Positions 16,726 through 24,794 of a stretch of 64,000 nt of DNA are shown here, piece by piece. The DNA lies in assembly GCA_045661345.1 (NCBI GenBank), contig JAZRFM010000016.1, forward strand, positions 3,626-67,625, written 5' to 3'. The translations under genes and the position numbers were made by a program. Each line of letters begins with the position of its first letter. Within the stretch, counting starts at the first letter, position 1. The notes below the pieces were generated by a model. It was given only the letters and a program-made list of their open reading frames with translations, had not been told where the DNA came from and ran no database searches. Origin of the DNA: Lachnospiraceae bacterium (GTDB lineage: Bacteria; Bacillota; Clostridia; Lachnospirales; Lachnospiraceae).

Positions 16726-17631
16726 ATGAAAAGAGTAGCTATAAACGAAGCAATTTTGGATGCATTTTTGCCCATGGATTTCTACGGGAAGACGGACATG
16801 CTTTCTCTACCGGGCAGTTTTGCTCTCGGGATTACGCTGGAGGACGGAGAGGAAGATGAACCTGTGGGTTTGATCGTTTGTACGCAGGACGAAGACCGGC
16901 TCGTGATAGAATGGATTTATGTCATGCCGGACTGCCGTGGCGACGGGATCGGAAGCGAACTCCTGTATCTGGCATTCTGCGAGGGAGAAGCACGGGGGTT
17001 TGTGGATGCCGCTGCCAGAGTCTCGGATGAATTTGAAGCGAATGACTATGGGTGGAACACAAAAAGCTTTTTCGAAAATGAGGTGTTTTCCGGCACGGAG
17101 AAGGGGGAGTATGACTGGCGGATCTCCTTTCGTGAACTGGAAAAAATACTGATGCGGGATGAGGAGCTGAATGAATCCTCTGCCAGAAAAGTGATCCGGC
17201 TTTGCGACATGAAACCCGATGTGCTGAAAGAAGCAGCAGAATCGCTTGCAGCTCGTTTTGACGGGAGTGCTTCCCTGCCGATGGAGGCAGCGATCTCTGT
17301 TGCAAACTGGAACACAAGCTTCTTACTGAAGAAGGGCAATGACTACGTTGGCATCCTTCTGATCCGGAAAGTGGAGCAAACCTGGTATCCTTATCTGTTG
17401 TATGCATTTGATGATGAGGTGGGCGAGACGCTTATCCGTGCAGCACTCTACTGCAGCGAGGATGTCTGTATGCCCAAGGATGAGATTGCGATTGAGATCA
17501 AGACAATTTCTACGAAAAGATTGCTGCAGAAAATAGGATTGCCGGGACAGGCATATGACGTAACCTATTGTCTTTGTTCCATGAAGGCTTTTACAGAAAG
17601 AAAAGCTGAGGTAGAGACCGAAGAGTCTTAA
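16726..17631 (+). CDS. GNAT-family acetyltransferase-like protein, two-lobed
   Basis: AGGAGG RBS before the ATG at 16726. GNAT motif A-like IEWIYVMPDCRGDGIGSELLYLAF. Confidence 0.65.
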   Translation: MKRVAINEAILDAFLPMDFYGKTDMLSLPGSFALGITLEDGEEDEPVGLIVCTQDEDRLVIEWIYVMPDCRGDGIGSELLYLAFCEGEARGFVDAAARVSDEFEANDYGWNTKSFFENEVFSGTEKGEYDWRISFRELEKILMRDEELNESSARKVIRLCDMKPDVLKEAAESLAARFDGSASLPMEAAISVANWNTSFLLKKGNDYVGILLIRKVEQTWYPYLLYAFDDEVGETLIRAALYCSEDVCMPKDEIAIEIKTISTKRLLQKIGLPGQAYDVTYCLCSMKAFTERKAEVETEES

Positions 17632-17642
17632 GGGAGAACAGA

Positions 17643-18497
17643 ATGGAAATCATAGAACTGACCGAGGATAATATTCAGGAATATGTGTCTTTTATCGGTG
17701 AGGATGTGGCAGAACATATCGGCCGCATTTTCTATCGCGGACTCATTGCGTTGTCAGAAGACCAAAAGGATATGGCGGCCGGTATCATCTGGCGGTACAC
17801 AAACCTGACGGAAAAGAAGGATACGGAGAGTGTGATCGAGTGGCTCAAAATTCAGGATCCGGAGGCCGCCGGAGCGTTGTTTGGTGCATATTCCGAACAC
17901 ATTGCAAAGGAAAAGGCGGTACGTTCCCATGCTGTGATCCCCGTGAAGGACACCGGCAGGGAACAGCAGGCATTGAAGGAGGCAGGCTTCAAAATCAGGC
18001 TGACGGAAGGTGACAATATTATTGTTTCCCTGTCCGAGCTTTTCGAGCTTCCTATTATGAAAAACCGCAATGTACCGGACTATATCCATCCGCTGAATAC
18101 ATTGGTATCACGGCGTTTCCGGAGAGGTGTGCAGCAGTGTATCTCGATTGGTCAAAGGGGGCTTTGCGAGGATCTGGAATATTTGCCCATGACCTGGTTT
18201 GATCCGGACATCTCTTTCTATGCGGAAAAGGATGGTAAATTCTGTGGTTTTTTGCTGTTCCATAAGATGCCCTCGGATATGATCGCGATCCAGCTCATGA
18301 CCGGAATCGGAAAAGACTTTCAGCAGACGATTCTCGGCATGATACGGAAGTGTATGATCACTATGGAGGAAAACTACCCGGCGGATACGAAGATCCTGAT
18401 GAATCGACGTAATCAGGCGTCCTTGAAGCTTGCGGAAAAACTGTTACCGAGGGGCTTCGGAATCCCGGTCTTTGCGGGCGGCAGGGAGGAAAGCTGA
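17643..18497 (+). CDS. Hypothetical protein, possibly a distant GNAT-like paralog of the preceding gene
   Basis: AAGGGAGA RBS, 11-nt gap from the upstream gene, similar length and layout. No clear acetyl-CoA motif was recognised. Confidence 0.6.
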   Translation: MEIIELTEDNIQEYVSFIGEDVAEHIGRIFYRGLIALSEDQKDMAAGIIWRYTNLTEKKDTESVIEWLKIQDPEAAGALFGAYSEHIAKEKAVRSHAVIPVKDTGREQQALKEAGFKIRLTEGDNIIVSLSELFELPIMKNRNVPDYIHPLNTLVSRRFRRGVQQCISIGQRGLCEDLEYLPMTWFDPDISFYAEKDGKFCGFLLFHKMPSDMIAIQLMTGIGKDFQQTILGMIRKCMITMEENYPADTKILMNRRNQASLKLAEKLLPRGFGIPVFAGGREES

Positions 18498-18642
18498 CCT
18501 GCGTATCCTGACGGAGCGCTTCAGGAAAGACTGATTTACTCAGTCTTTCCTAAAAAAAAGATTCCTGCTGGTTTTGAAGACCGGCGAGAGCCCATCATCA
18601 GGAGTTTTGCGAATCAGGATGCTTCAAATTACATATTCAACA

Positions 18643-18692
18643 AAGGAAAGGAGAGCGTGGCTGATGGTCGCGCTCTTTCTTCGTCCTTTTTC
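18643..18692 (+). terminator. Possible terminator in the spacer upstream of paralog C
   Basis: Stem gagagcg (18651-18657) / cgctctt (18671-18677) with extended imperfect pairing, followed by ccttttt. Confidence 0.4.
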
Positions 18693-18738
18693 GAGCAGAG
18701 TACAATATTCAACTTTTGACATTTTTTTAACAAAATTA

Positions 18739-18767
18739 TTGCCATGTGCGTGAATTTGTCGTATATA
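18739..18767 (+). promoter_or_regulatory. Candidate promoter of paralog C
   Basis: -35 TTGCCA (18739-18744), 17-bp spacer, -10 TATATA (18762-18767). Homologous to 8210-8238. Confidence 0.5.
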
Positions 18768-18819
18768 ATAATAACAGTAGGGTGATAGTTGTTTTCAATA
18801 AATTCAGGAGGAAAACAAT

Positions 18820-21630
18820 ATGGATGATAGCTTGTTCTTTAACCGACAAAAACGTAGAAATGGGGAACATGTTGATCTGGCGTCAAGGATGAGAAGCAAT
18901 TTTCTTGACATGACTGAGTCGAAAATGCTCACCTACGCGCAGGCTCAGGAACAACAGTTCCGGGAAGCCAATCATGGATTTATGGAGATGGTTCCGAATG
19001 AATTTTATATGGAGGGCCGGACGAAGCAAAACGTGCTCATGATTGACGAGCTTCTGGATAGCGCCGATACCCTCCACCTCACCGCGACGCAGAAGGAAGA
19101 TCTGCGTATCCGGCGAAATCGTGTCAAAGACTTTGAGCTACTGAACCATCATACAAAAGATGACAGCAAAGAGATGAGATTGTTAAAGGAAGAGATTCGT
19201 GAGTACGATAGGTTATTGTCCAGAAAACCGGCATCACTCGAGGATCTGCAGCAATTTTGCGCGGAGATAGAAAGAAAGTGTGATGATGCGATTGCGCGTT
19301 GTGACAAATATCTGGGGAGGGGAAAGCCTCTGTCATTCTGGAAAAAGAACAGAAATGAACGGTATCATATGGTAGAAGAGGCGAAGGCGCGTTATTTGAA
19401 GGAAAAAAATGTCATAAAGACTCTTTCCCAGCTGACGGATGTCGACCAGTATTTACAAGCCGATGATACGATGCTGGATCTGATGAACATTGAAAAGATC
19501 AATGATCGGTTGGTGGAGCGTGAGATAGAACAAAGACGCAGGCAGTGGGAAGAGCAGCAGCAGCGGGAACGGGAAGAAGCAGAACGCCGGGCAGAAGCAG
19601 AGCGCCAGGCAGAAGAAGAGCGCCACCGTCGGGAACAAGAAGAGCAGCAGCGGGAACGGGAAGAAGCAGAACGTCGGGCAGAAGCAGAGCGCCGGGCAGA
19701 AGAAGAACGCCACCGTCAGGAAGAAGAGCGTCAGAACCAGCAGCAGAACGAGCAGAACCAGCAGCAAGAAGAGCAGCAAGAAGAGCAGCAGCAAGAAGAG
19801 CAGCAGCAACAGCAGCAGCAACAGCAGCAACAGCAGCAACAGGAACAGCAGGAATTATATGGAACGAAAGTGCTGGATCAGCTGAAGAATCTGGAGAAAA
19901 CGCCGGAAATGCAAGCGATCGAAACTGCGATTACAGATATTCAAACCGAGATGGCGAAGGAGATGCCCGCTGTCCAGGTGATGCAGGATAAGGATCAAGA
20001 GAAGAAAGCAGAACGCCGCGCGCGCAAAGGCAAGGATGGTGTGGATGCTCTTTGCGTGAAAATGGTCAGACTTTTTGGTGCATTGGATCAGCGCATTAAT
20101 GATTGGCTGAAAAAGAATAATGGTGCGGGAAATGGGGAAAATAACGCATTAAAGGCTATTTTGGAGAACCTTCGGGAACAGACGAAAGTGGATCGTACCC
20201 AATTCAAGGATAAGGTTGTTCAATATCGTTCCTATATCGCGGGGAATGCAGAAGAGGCCGCCAAAAATCATTCATGGTTTGATGCATGGAAATATGTCCG
20301 TAGCGTTTCTTATGATCTGGATCAAAACAACAATGGATTGGAAACCAAAACCATGGGAGCCGGTGCTTCGATGATTACGTTAATCAAGGATACAAAGAAG
20401 AAACAAAAGGTTTATTTCCGTCTGGGAGAGAACGCAGGAGGATTTAATGCGGAAGAACTGGTGAAAACCTTTATGGAGTCTGTCAAAGGAGAAGCCCAGC
20501 TCGACGACGCCACGAAGGAGGATCTCAGGAAGGCGTTTGTTAGTTTGTTTCCCCAACATATACTGAATGTTATCAAGAGGGGGTTCGAACGGCAGGATGA
20601 AGGTTTAATTCGTGAAGGGGTAGACGCACTGGATGCAAAGGGAGTGAGCAATTATCGGAGTAGTGATGTCAGGAAAAATATAGATGAGTATGCTCAGACC
20701 GATACCTGTCCGGACATACTCAAACAGGCGTACCAGCGTGCAAACGACGAAGTCAAAACAGAGATAGGAAAAGTGTTTACCTTATTTGCGAAAAAATATT
20801 TCCAGTGGAGTTTTTCAGTTGGTGCCGCGAAAATTGATCCGGAACAAAGTCTTACAGATCGAAATGTTGCTACAAGCAGGTTGGCCGGCTTGCTCGGGCT
20901 TAGTTCCATGATCAGCGATTCCAGAACAGCGGTGATCAAAAAGGATGGAAAAGAGGTCATGGGAAATGTGATGGAGGACTCAAGGGGAAAAGTGATAGAT
21001 CGAGTGAGGGGTAACTGGACCTACTCTGATAAGGCGATCGGGCAGGTGTATACATTGCAGGTCTTTGATATGATATGCGGACAGATTGACCGGCACCGCG
21101 GGAATTACCATGTCATTGAAAAGAACCAGAAGGTGAACAGCATCAAGGCAATCGACAACGATATGTCCTTCGGAAGGCTGACGTGGGATACGATTGCACC
21201 AGGGTACGAAAACCTTCCGCCGCTTACGGAATGCCATGTGCGTGCAATGCCGATCGCGGTAATCAACCAGATACTTTCTCTGGATGAAAAGATTTTGCAG
21301 GAGGCGCTTGGTGATGTCCTGGACAGTACTAGCATTGATTATTTGGTTGACCGACTTGCAGGTGTACAAAGAACCATCATAGAATATGCCGAAAAGGATG
21401 AGTCCGGACTTACGATAAGCGCAGACGGCAAGTCAGCCGAGTTTACGGGAGAAGATAAGGATGACACGCTGCGGATGCTGAAAGCGGTGAAGAAACAAAG
21501 CGGACTCCCCTATCATATTAGGCTCGATGGAGGAGAAACTATCTTTGATAATAATCAGATCTGGTGGGATAACCTTACGGAACAAACGCTTGATGAGAAG
21601 ATAGAGGCGAGAAGAGGGGAGTTGGCTTAG
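18820..21630 (+). CDS. Large paralog C: D-type N-terminal domain, E/R- and Q-rich repeat linker, and a kinase-like C-terminal domain nearly identical to that of B
   Basis: AGGAGG RBS. GAGASM and KVYFRLGE are present. DRHRGN at 21088-21105 and IDND at 21151-21162. Confidence 0.85.
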   Translation: MDDSLFFNRQKRRNGEHVDLASRMRSNFLDMTESKMLTYAQAQEQQFREANHGFMEMVPNEFYMEGRTKQNVLMIDELLDSADTLHLTATQKEDLRIRRNRVKDFELLNHHTKDDSKEMRLLKEEIREYDRLLSRKPASLEDLQQFCAEIERKCDDAIARCDKYLGRGKPLSFWKKNRNERYHMVEEAKARYLKEKNVIKTLSQLTDVDQYLQADDTMLDLMNIEKINDRLVEREIEQRRRQWEEQQQREREEAERRAEAERQAEEERHRREQEEQQREREEAERRAEAERRAEEERHRQEEERQNQQQNEQNQQQEEQQEEQQQEEQQQQQQQQQQQQQQEQQELYGTKVLDQLKNLEKTPEMQAIETAITDIQTEMAKEMPAVQVMQDKDQEKKAERRARKGKDGVDALCVKMVRLFGALDQRINDWLKKNNGAGNGENNALKAILENLREQTKVDRTQFKDKVVQYRSYIAGNAEEAAKNHSWFDAWKYVRSVSYDLDQNNNGLETKTMGAGASMITLIKDTKKKQKVYFRLGENAGGFNAEELVKTFMESVKGEAQLDDATKEDLRKAFVSLFPQHILNVIKRGFERQDEGLIREGVDALDAKGVSNYRSSDVRKNIDEYAQTDTCPDILKQAYQRANDEVKTEIGKVFTLFAKKYFQWSFSVGAAKIDPEQSLTDRNVATSRLAGLLGLSSMISDSRTAVIKKDGKEVMGNVMEDSRGKVIDRVRGNWTYSDKAIGQVYTLQVFDMICGQIDRHRGNYHVIEKNQKVNSIKAIDNDMSFGRLTWDTIAPGYENLPPLTECHVRAMPIAVINQILSLDEKILQEALGDVLDSTSIDYLVDRLAGVQRTIIEYAEKDESGLTISADGKSAEFTGEDKDDTLRMLKAVKKQSGLPYHIRLDGGETIFDNNQIWWDNLTEQTLDEKIEARRGELA
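19551..19855 (+). repeat. Two tandem 87-bp in-frame units (REREEAERRAEAER.AEEERHR...) followed by a CAG/CAA/GAA tract encoding poly-Q/E
   Basis: CGGGAACGGG cores at 19564 and 19651. The poly-Q run ends just before CAGGAATTATATGG at 19849. Confidence 0.88.
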
Positions 21631-21665
21631 AATAATCCCGCATGAAAAGACGCCCCGTAATACCG

Positions 21666-21700
21666 GCGCCCGCAGCGAGCTTCGCTGCGGGCGCTTTCCT
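21666..21700 (+). terminator. Terminator-like GC-rich hairpin between paralogs C and D
   Basis: Perfect 12-bp stem gcgcccgcagcg / cgctgcgggcgc with a 5-nt loop, followed only by a short tttcct. Confidence 0.55.
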
Positions 21701-21757
21701 GCCGGGAAAAAGAAGGAACCCATGGTAAAATCCTTCTGATCACAAGAGGAAAAAAGG

Positions 21758-24130
21758 ATGGATGAGAACAGGATCTTCAGCAAAAAGAACAGCGAAGATG
21801 CAGATAATCTGGACAGAATGCTGGATAATTTTGCAGAGATTACTGCGTCGAAAATGAAAACCTACGTCCAGCTTCAGCAGGAACAACAGTCGACGGATCA
21901 TGTGCAGGGAGAGGTGCTCATGATTGAGGAGCTCATGGATCATGCCGAGAACCTCCAGCTTACCGGGGCACAGAAGGAGGATCTGAGTATCCGGAGAAAC
22001 CGGATCAAGGATTTTGAACTTCTGAACGACAGGACAAAAGAAGACAGTGACAAAATGACACAGGTAAAGGAAGCGATCCGTCAATACGACCTGTTGTTGT
22101 CTATGACCCCGAAATCCCGGGAGGAGTACCAGACATTTTGTATGCTGGCGGAGAAGAAATGTGATGATGTGATCCGCAGCTGCAATGAATACCTGGGAAG
22201 CGGAAAGTCCCTGAAATTCTGGAAAGGGGAACGGAATGACCGCCTGCAAAAGGTGGGAGAAGCGAAAGAACGTTTTTTAAGGGAAAAAGATGTTTTCACG
22301 TCCCTCGCGGAGTTGACGGACGTTGAGAAGTTTTTGCACAACGGCGATACATTGCTGGATCTCCTGAACCTCGAAGCCATCAATGAACGGCTGACGTCGT
22401 ATGAAAAGAAAGAACCGGAAGCACGGACCGGTGTGGAGACATCGGAAATAAAAGCTGTCACGAAGGCTATTACGAATATCCAAAAAGAGATGGCAAAACC
22501 CATGCCCGGGGACATTGTGACACAGGATCAGACGCCCGAGCAGATGGCTCCGTTCTTTGAGAAGTTGTATCAGAGCATTGAGGATTGCCTGAAAAAGGAT
22601 CACGGTGAGGGATATGGAAGGAATGATGCACTCAAAGAAGTTTTGGGGAGGCTGCAGAACCGGACGAAGGAAGACCGTGCCGGGTTTTCGGATAAGGTGA
22701 CGCAGTATCGCTCCTGGCTTCGTGAGAATGAGGAAGAGGCACCCGGGGAGCACAGGTGGCGGGATGCATGGAACTATGCCCGCAGCGTGACTTATGATCT
22801 GGATGCAAAAAACAACGGACTGGAAGTCAAAAAAACAAAGACAGATGAGGATACAATCATCATCCGGAATACAAGGAAGCGGGAAACGGTTTGCTTTCGC
22901 GAGGAAGAAAATGTGGGCGGAGCTGATGCAGTCAAACTGGTTGAGAACTTTCTGCGATCCATTGACAAGGACATCGGCTGTGAAGAAGACGTGAAGGCAG
23001 CTCTTCGGAAAATGTTTGAATCAATTCTGACCCAGCAAGTGATGGATGACGGGGCGGCCATGGACCGTTTGCAGTGGGAGCTGCACACTTTTCGAAAGCA
23101 GGGAAGATACGAACAGAACATGGAAGCTTTTCTCCGGACAGATCTGTGCACGCCGGAGGTGAGAAGTCTGGTGAACAAGACCGACACGTCAAGGGAAACC
23201 AGGGAAGCCATGGGGAAAGCGCTTTCCTTATTTGCGCAAAAGATTTTTCAGTGGAGTTATGCGACAAATTCCGCGAAGATTGCACCGGATCAAAGCCTCT
23301 CAAATCGGAGGGTTGCCACCGGCAGGATGGCTGATCTTCTCGGGATCGGTTCCATGGTCAGTGACGCCAGAACCGCTGTGATTCAAAAGGATGGGGAAAA
23401 GATCAGGGGTACTGTGACGGAGAATTCCCGGGGGAAAGATATCCGTAGTCTGGACAAGGGCTGGCGTTATGCCGATCAGGCGATGGCAGAGTCCTTTACC
23501 TTACAGGTTTTTGATATGCTGTGCGGACAGATTGACAGACAGTGGGGAAGCTTCCTTGTCACCGTAAAAAAAGAGGATGGACAAACGGTGGTGATGGGCA
23601 TCAAAGCCACCGGCAACGATATGGCCTTCGGGAGCCTCGGCTGGAAACAGATCAAAAACGGACACGAAAGGATCAGCCCGCTTACCGCGTATCATGTGCG
23701 CGCGATGCCGATTGATGTGATCAACCGGATCCTTGCGCTGAAACCGGCGTTTTTGGAGGATATGCTTGGAGATCTGCTGGATCATCCTTACATTGAAGGC
23801 ACTCAGGACCGGTTGAAGGGGATCCAGGAAGCGATCAGTCAATACGCAGAGGAACCGGATGCGGGATTTGTCATAAAAGCAAACGGGGAGGCTGCATTTA
23901 CGGGGGATGATGCGGATGACACCTTACGGATGCTGAAAGCAATAAAGCAGCTCCGGGAGGATCTCAATGCAGATGAAGACCACATCAAAAGGATCGACGG
24001 GAAAAAAGTGGTGGTAGAATATAACGCCCACACATGGAGATCCCTGATTCTTTTTAAACACCTTCCCGAGGGAGAACTGGATCGGCGGATAGAGGCGAAA
24101 AAAAAAGAGCTGGCAAATAATCCTGCATGA
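21758..24130 (+). CDS. Large paralog D: family N-terminal domain, no repeat linker, and a degenerate kinase-like domain (probable pseudokinase)
   Basis: GAGGAAAAAAGG RBS. Catalytic-loop position reads GQIDRQWGS (23534-23551) and metal-loop position reads KATGNDMAFG (TGND at 23609-23620). The Gly-rich loop is replaced by KKTKTDEDT. Confidence 0.85.
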   Translation: MDENRIFSKKNSEDADNLDRMLDNFAEITASKMKTYVQLQQEQQSTDHVQGEVLMIEELMDHAENLQLTGAQKEDLSIRRNRIKDFELLNDRTKEDSDKMTQVKEAIRQYDLLLSMTPKSREEYQTFCMLAEKKCDDVIRSCNEYLGSGKSLKFWKGERNDRLQKVGEAKERFLREKDVFTSLAELTDVEKFLHNGDTLLDLLNLEAINERLTSYEKKEPEARTGVETSEIKAVTKAITNIQKEMAKPMPGDIVTQDQTPEQMAPFFEKLYQSIEDCLKKDHGEGYGRNDALKEVLGRLQNRTKEDRAGFSDKVTQYRSWLRENEEEAPGEHRWRDAWNYARSVTYDLDAKNNGLEVKKTKTDEDTIIIRNTRKRETVCFREEENVGGADAVKLVENFLRSIDKDIGCEEDVKAALRKMFESILTQQVMDDGAAMDRLQWELHTFRKQGRYEQNMEAFLRTDLCTPEVRSLVNKTDTSRETREAMGKALSLFAQKIFQWSYATNSAKIAPDQSLSNRRVATGRMADLLGIGSMVSDARTAVIQKDGEKIRGTVTENSRGKDIRSLDKGWRYADQAMAESFTLQVFDMLCGQIDRQWGSFLVTVKKEDGQTVVMGIKATGNDMAFGSLGWKQIKNGHERISPLTAYHVRAMPIDVINRILALKPAFLEDMLGDLLDHPYIEGTQDRLKGIQEAISQYAEEPDAGFVIKANGEAAFTGDDADDTLRMLKAIKQLREDLNADEDHIKRIDGKKVVVEYNAHTWRSLILFKHLPEGELDRRIEAKKKELANNPA

Positions 24131-24299
24131 AAAGAATTTCCAAAGCACCAGTGCCCGCATTTTGATGAGAACGAACTGTTGGAGAATGAGGTATATTCCC
24201 AGATACTGAATGACAAGCTTTCTGTGAATGAGGGATTGTTATATGAGAATGAGAAACAAATGATCAGATATCATGATCTTGTACAGGGAGGGAGCACAG

Positions 24300-24737
24300 A
24301 TGAGAGCTGTTGTAACCAGAGTGAAGGAAGCCGCGGTGTCCATTGACGGGGAAGAGACCGCACGGATTGGAAAGGGCTTTCTGGTGCTGCTCGGTGTCCA
24401 TAAGGAGGATACCGGGGAAGCGGCGGACAGGATTGCGGATCGTATCATGGGACTTCGTGTTTTTTCCGATGCGGAAGGAAAAATGAATGTCAGCCCGAAG
24501 GATGCGGGAGCAGAGCTTTTGATCGTAAGCCAGTTCACGCTCTATGCGGATGTGAAATCAAGACGCCCGGGGTTTTCCGATGCGGCGCGACCGGAAAAGG
24601 CGATCCCCTTATATGAGCGGGTGATCGAGGCGTGCAGGGCGGCAGGATTTACGGTCAGAACCGGCACCTTCGGGGCGGATATGGAAGTATCCTCCGTCAA
24701 TGACGGCCCCGTCACGATCCTGCTGGAGACAGAGTAG
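24300..24737 (+). CDS. dtd: D-aminoacyl-tRNA deacylase
   Basis: MRAVVTRV ... GFLVLLGV ... LIVSQFTL ... SVNDGPVTILLE. Classic Dtd length and motifs, with a GGGAGGGAG RBS. Confidence 0.9.
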   Translation: MRAVVTRVKEAAVSIDGEETARIGKGFLVLLGVHKEDTGEAADRIADRIMGLRVFSDAEGKMNVSPKDAGAELLIVSQFTLYADVKSRRPGFSDAARPEKAIPLYERVIEACRAAGFTVRTGTFGADMEVSSVNDGPVTILLETE

Positions 24738-24794
24738 ACGAAAAAACGCCGGGTCGGATGTCGCAGGAATCATCAGCTGCTGCAGCCAAAGGAT

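Noticed and set aside
18523-18551. A perfect 11-bp hairpin (AGGAAAGACTG ... CAGTCTTTCCT) after the second GNAT-like gene, and similar GAAAGACTG(A/C)TTT strings just after the stops at 35000 and 36518. Together these hinted at a repeated post-stop element.
   Set aside because: The hairpin is followed by an A-run, not a T-run, so it is not a canonical terminator. The other two occurrences share only about 15-19 nt and lack the second arm. Three short matches in 64 kb are too weak to call a repeat family.
1-24130. Interpreting the large paralogs as LXG/T7SS or other polymorphic toxins with immunity genes.
   Set aside because: No WXG100/EsxA-like genes, secretion ATPase or membrane components are in the window. 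No small immunity-like ORFs follow each paralog, and the proteins have no signal peptides. The shared N-domain has no motif I can tie to LXG, Rhs or PT-type carriers. It remains an untested alternative rather than a supported call.
24131-24346. The reading frame of paralog D stays open for 71 codons past its TGA stop, raising the idea of selenocysteine or stop-codon read-through in a SelD-containing organism.
   Set aside because: D ends at the position homologous to the natural ends of B and C (...IEA.K.ELA...). No SECIS-like hairpin follows the TGA, and the extension runs into the dtd RBS and start. It is most likely a chance open frame.
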